A stretch of 63,728 bases of DNA, counting the filler, from Thraustochytrium aureum (taxonomy: Eukaryota), in NCBI GenBank assembly GCA_012862495.1. It is 4 parts of 3 records of this genome, joined end to end, with 100 filler letters (N's around TTAATTAATTAA, not from the genome) between each part and the next. Parts side by side here need not be neighbours in the genome. Positions count along the whole stretch, not along the records: positions 44,701 to 61,648 come from BLSG01000375.1; 3 more parts are not named here. One strand, 5' to 3'. Positions 45,429 through 57,300 of the stretch are shown one piece after another. The first letter of the stretch is position 1. The number at the start of each line of letters is the position of its first letter. The notes beneath the pieces are model-generated. The model ran no database searches. It was not told the DNA's origin and saw nothing but the letters and a program-made list of their open reading frames with translations. Both the position numbers and the translations under genes were made by a program.

Positions 45429-48345
45429 CTAATGTGCGTCAGGAGCCAGGCTCGCCGCCCTAGGCGCCGCCTGCAAAGCGTAGATATCCTGCGTCGGCGA
45501 GAACAGCGTGGGCCCCCCGCCGTAGATTTCCAAGAAAAACGTCCAAATCTCTCGGTTGACGCAGATATAGTCCTGGTTGCGCCTCCGGTTCTTGCGCGGC
45601 GTCGAGCCGTCCTTCTCAAAGAGCTCGTCGTTGCTGATTGGCCCGGGCGGCGACTGGCCAAGCCAATGGCCGCGCCCAGTCGCTTGCCCAGTGCCACGGA
45701 TGAACGCCGTCCACCTCTTGACCCAGCCATTGTGCAGCACAAAACTCTTCTCCCCCGCGTGCTGCGTCAGCTCGTTCACAGTGAGCCGCTCGCGCTCCCG
45801 GCGCGCCTCCATCGCGTCCCGCTCCTCGCGGCACAGCATGCAAAGCTCGGGCTCTGTAATCACAGCTCCGCACCCGTGCAGGTCTGCGATCGTCTCGAAT
45901 ACTGGCTCAGTCACGCGGTACAAGCGATGGTGGATGTCATTTTGGACAATCGGCACAACGCGTCCGTGCGGGCAGGCCACGTCGAAGGCGCCGCAAACTC
46001 CCGGGTCGACCATAGTGTCCCACTTGAGGCCCCAGGACGTCGGGATGAACCGGCAGAGGCGGCGCTCAATCTCAGCTGGGTCGCTCTGGAAAGCCTGGCG
46101 GAGCTCGTGCTGCGCCTGCAATGCGTCCCCCATGCGCGCCTTTTTCTCGAGGTGATCGCTCGTCGGCCGCTTCTGGTAAAAGAGCAGGTAGGCGTCCGGG
46201 CTGAGCACAGCTGACTCGTCCACCTCGGCGCAGAGGTCGTCATCATACTCGAACCATCGATGGCTCACCGGGTTTTTGCAAAACGCGATGTAGTGCCCGT
46301 TGTTGATCCCGCCGCTGTGCTTGACGACAGCAAAGAGGTCATACAGGTGCCGACTTGTGCCCCCCCCGCCAGAGGAGCGCGACGAGTGCGACGAGGTGGA
46401 GGACGCCGCGGAGGCCGGCGAGGCTGCCCCAGAATGCGCTTGGCCGCGAGCGCCCCCGTTGTAGAAATAGTCTGCGAGGTCGAGCCCGCGAAGCGGGTAG
46501 GTCACCGCCGTGGTGTTTTTGAACGAGTTGAGCGAGGACCACGCCGCCGAAGACCGGTTGAACCGCTTGAGGTTCAAGGTCAGGATCTCGGGCAAATGAG
46601 CAAAGTAGTGCGCCTTCTCCGCGTCCTGCTTGGACTGGCACTTTTCGCAGTGGTACTGCTCTTCGCCCACGAGCTGCTCCGGGACGAAAAACGTCTGGAG
46701 GCACTCGCGCAATGACAGGGCCGGGTTGTCCATCCCGACCATGGACTTGAGGCTCTTGAACGCGGAGCTGAAGAGCGAGCCCCCGGACCCTGCGCGCTCG
46801 CGCGACCCTGAGGCGCCGGCGGCATGCGCAGGCTCCTCTTCTAGCGCTCGGCGCAGTTCCTTGATCTGGGCCTTGTTCGGGAGCGCGAGCGAGAGCTCGA
46901 GATACTCTTCGAGCGTGAAGCTCCGGTAGCTGCATCGCCGGCAGGTCACCGTCTGCACCAGGAGCGTCAGGAAGCAGTCCGATATAATGCTTTGCAAGTA
47001 AGGCGACTCGAGTTGGCGGAACGCTGGAGCGGGCCTGGCGCCTGCGCTGCCGCACGCGTCGCCAAGGCTCGAGGCGGACCCTTCGCGCGACGGCCACGGC
47101 GCGTCTTGGGCAGCAGCGGCGTCCCCGTTGTCGACGCCTTGGCCCAAGTCNNNNNNNNNNNNNNNNNNNNNNNNNNNNNNNNNNNNNNNNNNNNNNNNNN
47201 NNNNNNNNNNNNNNNNNNNNNNNNNCGAACGAATTGGTCTCCAGCGGGGCCTCGTTTGCAGAGGGGGCAGAGTGCGAGCTGTGGCCCGGCCTCGCGGCGG
47301 AGTCCTCGCCAGGCGCAGACAAGGCGGTTGCAGCCGCGGCCGATGCCCTCTTGGAGGAGGCCGATTTGGAGCGCAAACGGAACGTTTGCTTGATGCGAGC
47401 GCGCCGGCGGCCCCGCGAGCGTTGCTGCACTTGTCCGGAGGTACCGGGCGGCAGCGGCGGGCGGCCCGACGCGGCGGCGCCGTTTGCTGCTGCCCGGCTC
47501 GAGCGCCCTGACGCCGAGTTCCACTCGCGCTGCTCGCGCGCAAGCTGAAGGAACAGGGCCCGCGCCGGGTGGTAGCGCGCTGGCGTCCCAACGGCGAGCT
47601 CGTCGTGCAGGCAGTTCAGCAGATAGACTAGCGTCTCTTGCGCGTCCTGCTGGCCGTTTTCTGAGAAGGAAGGCACCGCGCGGATGACGCCCTTGGCCAG
47701 GTAGACGGGGTTGAAGTACTTGTTGAGCCGCTGGTTGTTGACCCCGTGCTCCCAAACGGCTTTGACGAGCATCGCAAAGTCGTTGGTTAGGCTATTGCGG
47801 TTCCTGTCCGCCACAACGTACTCTTGCGGCGCGATGCACGGCCAGCTGTGCGAAAAGTACGCCACCAGAGGACGGCAGTGCAGGAGCGCTTGCAGGGTTG
47901 CGTTCAAATAGCAGGTGTTACCCAGGTTGGCCAGCCCAACAGCCGTCGAGGGGACCCACGAGAGCTTGCCGGGCCACGGCTTGATGAGCTCGACGAGCAC
48001 CGTGTCGTCCTCTTTGGCATGCGAGCTCTCACTCCCAGCGGCGCTGTCCTCGTGTGCTCTGCTTTCTTTGGACGTGCTTGAAGCGACGCTGTCGCGGCTG
48101 TCTGCGCGGGCTGTGCGGCCTGAGGGCGTTGGCTCTTGCGAGGTGTCAGCGCTCTGCTGGCCCGCCGAGCTGGTTCGCTCGTTCACTCTGTCCTGCGAGG
48201 TGCGCTCGCTTGCTCGTCGCTCTGACGACGGGGGGTCGTTGCGGCCCTCCAGCGCCGTGCTCGGCTGCCGCGGCGCTCCTGCGACATGGCCAGTCTGAAA
48301 AGTGTTGTCGGCATCGCCCTGGGCGGTGCTGCCAGCTCTAGGCAT
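45429..48345 (-). CDS. Ubiquitin-specific protease with C-terminal DUSP domains (USP20/33-like); gap inside
   Basis: Cys box GLANLGNTCYLNATLQAL, QQDAQE, LKRF, His box YDLFAVVKHSG..GHY, DUSP PGPISN..IYGGGP. Confidence 0.92.
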
Positions 48346-49293
48346 GTTTGGCGTCGCTGGTCCGCATCCACGTGTCCCCCGACCTGCGCACACGCGTCAC
48401 CGGCGCAGCAGGCGCCAGTCGCGCGGCCCGATAGCCTCAAGTGGGACAAGTTACAGGGCGACCAGGAGAGAGGACGTGTGCTTGCTCGGCAGCGGGGGCA
48501 GGGCACGGTCGCCCCAGAAGGGGGAGCAAGCACGAGCGACGCAACCGCCCCCCAGCCGCGGCGCTCCGCCGCCTCCAGCCCAGCCCTGCGCCCGCCACGC
48601 AAATTCCACAGCCGCCCTGCGGCGTTCCGAGGCCAGGTTCGGCTCGTTCACCAGCCGCGGCAGGTCCCTGCCAGGCGCCCGCAGGGCCACGCCACGCGAT
48701 GCCCTCCTGCCGTCCGGGACGAGCACAAGCACGCGAGTCAGCGGCGCCCCCGAGGCCCGCTGCCCAGCGCCGCGCGCTCGGCGCTAGCGTTCGCGCGCGC
48801 CGCGGCTTTGCTCTCCAGGTCCCTCCGGAGCTCTCCAGCTCGAGCTCTGCTGAGCTGTCGCGCGCGCACGCCGCGGTTTGGCTTCTGCCCTCGATCCAAA
48901 GTGCGCGTTTTTTTTCAGACCAGATTGGCGTGTGTTGTGCGACCTGAAGGTGAGATGCACTTGCCTCGGCCCTCGCTGCCTCCGTCTGGCGCGGCAGTCT
49001 GGGCGAGGTCGATGGGCTCGCCAGACGGGCCACGCTCGTCGATCGAATTTGCTGGATTGTTGGTTTGCATTGATTGGATTGATCGAGGCTGGGGTGGGCA
49101 GGCCTTGCGGGTCGCGAGCGTATTGCGCTGTCGAGCTCGCATCGGACGCGGCTGCCAGCCATGGGCGGTGGCCGCGTCCCGGGCTCGCGCGAGGACGGAG
49201 GAGACAGAAAGGGAGACGTTCTTCTTCTTCTTCTTCTTTAGTTAGAAAGGAAGGAAGGAGTGCGGGTGGACTTTCGTGGCACGCTGTTGCGCT

Positions 49294-51285
49294 CTACTTG
49301 AGCGGGATCGCAGTGAACTCGTCGATCCCAAAGGCAATGTTGAGGTTTTGCATCGCCTGAGACGCAGCGCCCTTGAGCAAGTTGTCAATAGTCGAGACAG
49401 CGACGAGGCGGCCGGTGGCCTGGTCGACAGTAAAGCCGCCCACAGCGACGTGGTGCTTGTACATGTTGTCCTTGACGACCGGAGCAGCAGCCGAGACGCG
49501 CACGAGCGGCTCGCCCTCATAGTAGTCCTCGAAAGCGCGCAGCACGGTCGCCGCGTCGGGGGCGTCCTCGAGCCAGCAAGTTGTGGTGAGGTGGATGCCC
49601 TGGAACCACTGCGCGACGTGCGGCATGAAGGCCACCTGGTGGCCCAGGTGGCGCGTGCACTCGCGCTCGTGCATGTGGTTGACAAGGGCGTACGGCAGCA
49701 AGTTGTCAGCGAGCACGGCGGGGTCGTTCTTGTCCGAGGGCGTCGTGCCGGCGCCCGAGTACCCGGACACGCCGAAAGTGGAGGGCACAGCGCCGGCGCG
49801 GCCCTTGAGCGGCGAGCCCGGGATCGGCTGCAGAACGGGCATAAGCGCTGCCTGGAGCCCAGTGGCGTAGCAGCCAGGGTTGGCGATGCGAGTCGCCGTG
49901 CGCAGCGCCTCGCGCGCGCCGCGGCGCTCGGGGAGACCGTACACCCAGTTGCTGTCAAAGCGGTAGTCGGCGCCGAGGTCGATCATCACCGAGCGCTTCT
50001 GCAGCTTGTCGAGCTCGGCCACAAAGCGCGGGGCGAGCCCGTTCGGGAGCGCGAGCACCCAGATGTCGACGTCTGCTGAAGCGGGGTCGTGCGCAAAGTC
50101 CTCAGGCTCGAGCGCGCGGAACTCGACGCCCGGCGCGAGCGAGGTCGCCGCCTTGTCCATCGGCACCTTGAAGACGTCCTGTACGGCCTGGCCAGCGAGA
50201 GCGCGCGAGCTTGCCACAGTGAGCTTCATCTGCGGGTGTTCGCACAGCAGCCTGACGAACTCGCCGCCCACAAATCCGCGAGCCCCGAGCAGCCCGACGC
50301 GAAGCTGGTCTCCTGTGGATCCGGTGACGTGGAGCGCCGGCGCGCGCTCGGCGCGCCCGGGCCGGAGTCGGCGCCACTTGAGAACGGCGCAGCAGCGTCC
50401 CTTTGCCTTCGTGGGTGAAAAGCTCCTCGAGCATCCCGGAGGCGCCGCAAATCGAAACGGCGCTCGAAGCGGGGATCCCGTCGAGAATCTCCTTGATCTC
50501 GTTGAGCTTGAGCAACGTGCCCTGGCGGCCGGTGTAGTCCAGACCGGCGAGGCGCTCGTAGTCACTGTCCATCTCGACAAGAGGGACGATCTCGTTGGTG
50601 TCGTCGTCAAGCCAGCCGTTCTTGCTGGAGGCGAAGAGGACGCGCATCGGCTTGAGCTTGAGCACGAGCTCCTTGGCAGCAACGTCGGCGTTGACGTTGA
50701 GGGACTGGCCCTGTTTCGAGGTCCCAAGAGAAGTGAGAACGGGGACCTCGCCCTTGGCGAGACTCTGCAGGAGCGGCTCTTGGTTGACGCCTTTGACAGT
50801 GCCGACAAAGCCCAGTTCAGGCTGCTCGATCTCGGCCGAGAAGATGCCCTTGGGAAACCCGCGAGCGGAGATGCCGGCCTTGGCAAAGGCGTCCACGACG
50901 CGCTCGTTCAGCTGCGTAAAGATCCGCTCGGCGACCTCGAGAGTCTCGGCGTCCGTGACCCGCGATCCGCGGATGTACTGCGGCTCGACGCCCTGCTTTT
51001 TCAGCTCGTCGTTCATCTGCGGGCCGCCGCCGTGGATCACAACGGTAGACAGGTTCTTGTCGGCGAGTGCCTTACATGTTTCCGACAGGGTCTCCAATTC
51101 GTGCTCGACGACGTCGCCGCCAACCTTGATACGGCGAAGGCCGGCCCTGAGTGCTGCTTGAACAGGTCAAGGTAATGCTGCGCCGCCGGCGTCCCAAACA
51201 CAGTGCGCGCGCTCGTCGAGAACCTGCGCTGCCCAGCCAAGGCGGCGGCCCTCCCGGCCCGCGCCAGCCAGCCAGCCCCGGTCAT
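49294..51285 (-). CDS. ARG5,6: Bifunctional acetylglutamate kinase / N-acetyl-gamma-glutamyl-phosphate reductase with mitochondrial presequence; frameshifts near 51130 and 50340-50380
   Basis: Presequence ..QRRFSTSAR; NAGK KVGG, IHGGGPQ, RVTD, NVNAD, ELFTHEGKGT; NAGPR GARGFVG, IANPGCYAT, SGYSGAG, DNLLKGAA. Confidence 0.9.
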
Positions 51286-51717
51286 CCTGCCGACGCCCGA
51301 AACCTAGCTCGCGCCTCCCGGCCCGCCTTTGCAACGCTGCGCTGTCTGCTTCCTGGCCTGCCTGCCTGCCTGCCGCGAGCAGACTGCCGCTCGAGCTCCC
51401 ACGCAAGCAGGGACGGACGCGCGCTCCCACGCACTCACTCACGCACGCACGCACGGACGCACGCACGCAGCACCACTCGCCTGCCCACCAACGCGCAGGA
51501 ACACGCCGAGGCGCAAGATACGCGAGTGGGCAAGGATGGGCCCTCGGCGGGTCCTCGTCGGGCGACGCACCGAACAGGGAGCGCGTTCACGGATCGTCGC
51601 TGTGGTAGTAGAGTACTCAGAGTACTCGAGTACCGTTCAACTTGTATCTGAGGGTCGGCCTCGGGCTGGCGATGAATGCGTTGGCGTGCACTTGCACGGA
51701 ATCCATCCATCCATCCC

Positions 51718-51781
51718 CTCAACAGAGCCAGATAGTCAGGGCGAGCCAACAGAGCCAGTCAGGGCGAGCCAACAGAGCCAG
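51718..51781. repeat. Short tandem repeat (AGGGCGAGCCAACAGAGCCAG), about 2.5 copies
   Basis: Directly visible. Confidence 0.8.
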
Positions 51782-53000
51782 GCGGCTCGCCGTGTCTGGG
51801 ATCGTCCTGTCCGAGTCCGGCTCGCCGAGGCCGGTGCTGCGCCAACGCGTTCTCGTCGATCGGCCAGGTTCAAGTTGGAAAGGCGCGCAGTGCGCAAGCA
51901 ACGCATTCGCTTCGACGCCAGCAAGCGTGGCCGGCCGACGAGGACCGCTGACTTGGCCAGCTTGGTATTCTGGATGCCGCCTGACCTCCGCAAGGCGCGT
52001 TGCTGCGCAAGGTCCGCCGTCAGCAATGCCCGCCGCGGCGTGTTTTTAGAAGAGGTGCACTGTGTGCGTGTGGGGAGGAGTCGGTTTTGCGCGCTTGGTG
52101 TGAGCGAGTCCCGTGCGTCCCTCATCAGGCGGGCAAGCTGACGCAGCGTGTGTCAACTTCTCTCAACTTTTTGTCTTGATCCAGAGCAAGAGCAAGAGCA
52201 AAGGTTTCGTTGCACGTGCCCATGCTCTGTCGCGAATTAGTGGCGCCAGCAAAGCGCTGGCAGGGCTGCTTCGTTTGTCAGTGAGTATGTGAGCACTCAC
52301 CTGAGCTCGGGACCCCAGGCTACCTTCTGCCAGGTCCATCAGCCACCTGCCCGCTCATGAGCGTTGTCGCGCGCGTGAGCCCGCTCTTTCGCCCATCAGT
52401 ACTGCGATGATAGAGTTGCTTCCCAAGTCCCGATGCGAGGCTGAGCTGATGATGCTGCCATCCCTAATCTGCGAGCACGGCGCAGTTTTGCCGGGTGCGA
52501 GCTAGCGAGCTCGACACCCCAAGCTCGAAACTGCCTCTTCAGGCAAGCTTTCCGACCTCCGAGACACGCGCGCCTGCCGCGCATCGCAACTGCCTGCTCC
52601 CTTGCTCGAGTCCCGCCGAGCAAATCGAGTGACGCCTGCAGTTGCTGACGCCCGCCTCGTTCCGTCAACCTTGCCTGGACCTGCTCGACCCGAGAAGTTG
52701 ATCCTCGGCCCTTGAGCGCGCACAGAGGAGCAACAACGCCCACACGCAAATCGAGCTGCCAGCGCCGCGGTTGCTGCGGCTTTGCAGTTTGCCGCCCACG
52801 AGCTGGTTTCCAACGCGAACCTTGATCTGCAAACTGCGGTCAGCTACCTACTCAGGCGAAGTAGTGCGCCTTGTGGAAAACGCCTCCACAGCAGCGCCAC
52901 CACCAGCGACAGGCTGGGGAGCTCGCCGCGGTTGCTCGTCGAGGCAAGGTGTCACGGGGCTGGCCTTTCGCAAGGCGCCCGACACTCCTGGAGGTACAAG

Positions 53001-53050
53001 TGCAAAGGCCTGCAAAGGCCTGCAAAGGCCTGCAAAGGCCTGCAAAGGCC
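53001..53050. repeat. Perfect 10-bp tandem repeat (TGCAAAGGCC)x5
   Basis: Directly visible in the ARG5,6-CPS intergenic region. Confidence 0.95.
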
Positions 53051-54329
53051 ACCGGATGTGCTCGGAGCGCAGGTGCAAGCTACGCCGTGTGACAGCAACT
53101 GCAGGTCCACACTCCGCGGTGGCACGGGCTATGCATCTGTGCATGTGCGGTGGGCGCGTCGAGCAGGTGTGTACGTCGNNNNNNNNNNNNNNNNNNNNNN
53201 NNNNNNNNNNNNNNNNNNNNNNNNNNNNNNNNNNNNNNNNNNNNNNNNNNNNNNNNNNNNNNNNNNNNNNNNNNNNNNNNNNNNNNNNNNNNNNNNNNNN
53301 NNNNNNNNNNNNNNNNNNNNNNNNNNNNNNNNNNNNNNNNNNNNNNNNNNNNNNNNNNNNNNNNNNNNNNNNNNNNNNNNNNNNNNNNNNNNNNNNNNNN
53401 NNNNNNNNNNNNNNNNNNNNNNNNNNNNNNNNNNNNNNNNNNNNNNNNNNNNNNNCCGCCATGCAAACCGCAGGTGGAGCGCACCGGTTGAGATGAGTGA
53501 GATGAGTGACGCTGCGCGGGCAGGTGGTTGGCTGTGGCCGTGGGTGGTGGGCGAGTGGCTGGAGCGTCCGTTCTCATTCAGTGGAGCGAGCGGTGAGGAG
53601 AATCGCTTGATCGACACGACACGACGGACGCGAGCGCAAGGCTGCTCTGCAACTGCTCGCGAGATACCGTGCAACCCCTCTCTGCTGCTCCCCACGCAGG
53701 CGGCCATGCCGCTCACGCAGAGAAGCGCCGCTGGGCAGCTCGGCCTGTTCTTGAGGCGACCTGCGCAGAGCGCGGCACTTGGACGACGTGAAAATTGCGC
53801 AGGTCTGTGTAGAGGAGATCTTCAAGGATACGGCAAAGATAGCAGCGGCTCCACCAGGAGGCGCGGGTCGCAGTGAGCGACGGCCTTGCGCCTGCCTGCC
53901 TTGCCAGTGCGCCTGCGTTGGCTTGCCAGCCTTCCAGGAGGGCGGCGGTCGATGGTGCGTTTCTGCCTCCTGGCCGGCGCGTGGAAATTGCTCTCCTTCT
54001 CCCGCGCTTCGCGTGATTGTTTGTTTCCTCCTCCTTTTCCGTCCATCCAACCAGAAGACAGACAGACGACGACCGACCAACAGACGAGGAGCAGCCAGAC
54101 ACCGAAACAGACCCGAGAGCGCAGTGGACAGCGAGCAGTTGTCCGCGTGCAGGTCGGCAGGCAAAAGGGCAGGTCGGTCGGCAGGGCAAAGGGCAGGTCG
54201 GCAGGCAGGCAAAAGGGCAGGTGTTGACGGGACAAGGACTGGACGAGGCGGGCTTGGCGACGAGGCGGGCTTGGCGACGAGGCGAACAGACGGGAGAAAG
54301 GCAGGGCGAAGGACGAGGCACGCTCGAGA

Positions 54330-57300
54330 ATGCTGCGCGTCCGCGGGCTCGGCCTGGCCCGCGCACAGGTCGTGCCGTCGCAGCGGTACACCGGAGCGGT
54401 GCTGCAACAGAAGAAATGGCTGAGCGATCTGTCGAAACCCGGCAGCCCGCAGGCCTTTGTGGGCGCCTCGATGGGGTCCGGCGGCCAGCGCACGGCGCAG
54501 CTCATCCTCGAGGACGGAACCCGGTTCACGGGGACCAGCTTTGGGTATGAAGAGAGCGTTGCGNNNNNNNNNNNNNNNNNNNNNNNNNNNNNNNNNNNNN
54601 NNNNNNNNNNNNNNNNNNNNNNNNNNNNNNNNNNNNNNNNNNNNNNNNNNNNNNNNNNNNNNNNNNNNNNNNNNNNNNNNNNNNNNNNNNNNNNNNNNNN
54701 NNNNNNNNNNNNNNNNNNNNNNNNNNNNNNNNNNNNNNNNNNNNNNNNNNNNNNNNNNNNNNNNNNNNNNNNNNNNNNNNNNNNNNNNNNNNNNNNNNNN
54801 NNNNNNNNNNNNNNNNNNNNNNNNNNNNNNNNNNNNNNNNNNNNNNNNNNNNNNNNNNNNNNNNNNNNNNNNNNNNNNNNNNNNNNNNNNNNNNNNNNNN
54901 NNNNNNNNNNNNNNNNNNNNNNNNNNNNNNNNNNNNNNNNNNNNNNNNNNNNNNNNNNNNNNNNNNNNNNNNNNNNNNNNNNNNNNNNNNNNNNNNNNNN
55001 NNNNNNNNNNNNNNNNNNNNNNNNNNNNNNNNNNNNNNNNNNNNNNNNNNNNNNNNNNNNNNNNNNNNNNNNNNNNNNNNNNNNNNNNNNNNNNNNNNAA
55101 GACGTACAAGATGCGGTTTGGTAACCGCGGCGTCAACCAGCCCGTGCTCAACATCGTGACCGGGCAGTGCTACATCACGCCGCAAAACCACGGCTACGCC
55201 ATCGACACCGAGACGCTGCCGAAAGAGTGGAAACCGCTCTTCGTGAACAAGAACGACGGCACCAACGAGGGCATCATGCACGTGGACAAGCCGTACTTTA
55301 CGGCCCAGTTCCACCCGGAGGCCAAGGGCGGGCCCACGGACACCGAGTTCCTCTTCGACGACTATATCAACTTGATCAAGGAGGGCAAATCCAGCGTGGG
55401 CTCCATCTTTGAGGCCCGCAAGGTCCCGGACACGCGCGTGCATGTCAAGAAGGTGCTCGTTCTCGGCTCGGGCGGCCTCAGCATCGGCCAGGCAGGCGAG
55501 TTCGACTACTCGGGCAACCAGGCCATCAAGTCGCTCAAGGAGGAGGGCATCGAGACAGTGCTCATGAACCCCAACATCGCCTCCGTGCAGACCAACCTGG
55601 AAGGCGCCAACCAGGCCGACCACGTCTACTTTCTCCCCGTCACCGCAGAAATGGTGGAGGAGGTCATCAAGCGCGAAAAGCCGGACGGCCTCATCCTCTC
55701 GATGGGCGGGCAGACCGCGCTCAACGTGGGCGTGGCCATGTACGAGGCCGGCACGTTCGCCAAGTACGACATGAAGGTGCTCGGCACCTCGGTCGAGTCC
55801 ATCATCGCCACCGAGGACCGCGGCATCTTTAGCGACAAGCTGAACGAGATCAACGAGAAGCTGGCCCCCAGCTTTGCCGTCAACACCATCGAGGACGCTG
55901 TCAAGGCCGCCGAAAAGGTCAACTACCCCTGCATGATCCGCTCCGCCTTCGCCCTCGGCGGCCTCGGCTCGGGGATCTGCCACAACGAAGCGCACCTGCG
56001 CGACATGGCCGCCAAGGCCTTTGCCAGCAGCCCGCAGATCCTTGTGGAGAAGTCGCTCTTGGGCTGGAAGGAGGTCGAGTACGAGGTCGTCCGCGATGCC
56101 GCCGACAACTGCATCACGGTCTGCAACATGGAGAACTTTGACCCGCTCGGCGTGCACACCGGGGACAGCATCGTCATCGCGCCCTCGCAGACGCTCTCCA
56201 ACCACGACTACCAGATGCTGCGCGACACGGCCATCAACGTGGTGCGCCACCTCGGCATCATCGGCGAGTGCAACATTCAGTACGCGCTCGACCCGCACTC
56301 TGACGACTACTGCATCATCGAGGTCAACCCGCGCCTCTCGCGCAGCAGCGCGCTGGCCAGCAAGGCCACGGGCTACCCGCTGGCGTTCGTGGCCGCCAAG
56401 CTCTCGCTCGGCATCCACCTCCCCGACATCGTCAACCAGGTTACCAAGAAGACCACCGCCTGCTTCGAACCCTCGCTCGACTACATCGTGACCAAGATCC
56501 CCCGCTGGGACTTGGCCAAGTTTGACCGCGCCGACCGCAAGATCGGCTCGGCCATGAAGTCGATCGGCGAGGTCATGGCCATCGCGCGCAACTTTGAGGA
56601 GTCCCTCCAAAAGGCCCTGCGCATGACCGACCCCGCCATCCTCGGCTACGAGGAGCACGCGGGGGCCTACAAGCCGCCTTCGTCGGACGAGGAGCTCATT
56701 CAGCACCTCGTCCAGCCCAGCGACACGCGCATCCACGCCATCGCCTACGCGATGGGCACAAAGGGCTGGAGTGTCGATCGCGTCCACGAACTCACCAACA
56801 TCGACACCTGGTTCCTGCACAAGCTCAACCGCCTCCACCAGATGGACAAGTTCATTCGCCAGGCCGGCCGCGTCGAGGACCTCAACTCGACGCTCATTCT
56901 CCAGGCCAAGAAGAGCGGCTTCTCCGACAAGCAGATTGCCATGCGCGTCGGCAGCGACGAGCTCACCGTGCGCAAGGCCCGCAAGAGCATGCAAATCATG
57001 CCCCAGTCAAGCAGATCGACACCATGGGCGGCGAGGTCCCCGCCGACACAAACTACCTGTACACCACCTACAACGCTGACGCCTCGGATGTCACCTTCAA
57101 CGAGCACGGCACCCTGGTGCTCGGCTCGGGCGTGTACCGCATCGGCTCTTCCGTCGAGTTTGACTGGTGCTCGGTCTCCGCCCTGCGCACGCTGCGCAAG
57201 CTCGGCAAGAAGTCGGTCGTGCTCAACCTCAACCCGGAGACTGTGTCCACAGACTTTGACGAGTCGGACCGCCTGTACTTTGACGAGCTCACCCTGGAGC

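Noticed and set aside
53706..53876. Homologue of the fungal arginine attenuator peptide
   Set aside because: I found no DYxxDxxW-like core in the frames I read upstream of CPS
54526..56994. Long antisense ORFs (822 aa here; similar ones opposite the TRIM, bZIP and ubiquilin genes)
   Set aside because: Expected shadow ORFs from strong GC3 codon bias on the coding strand
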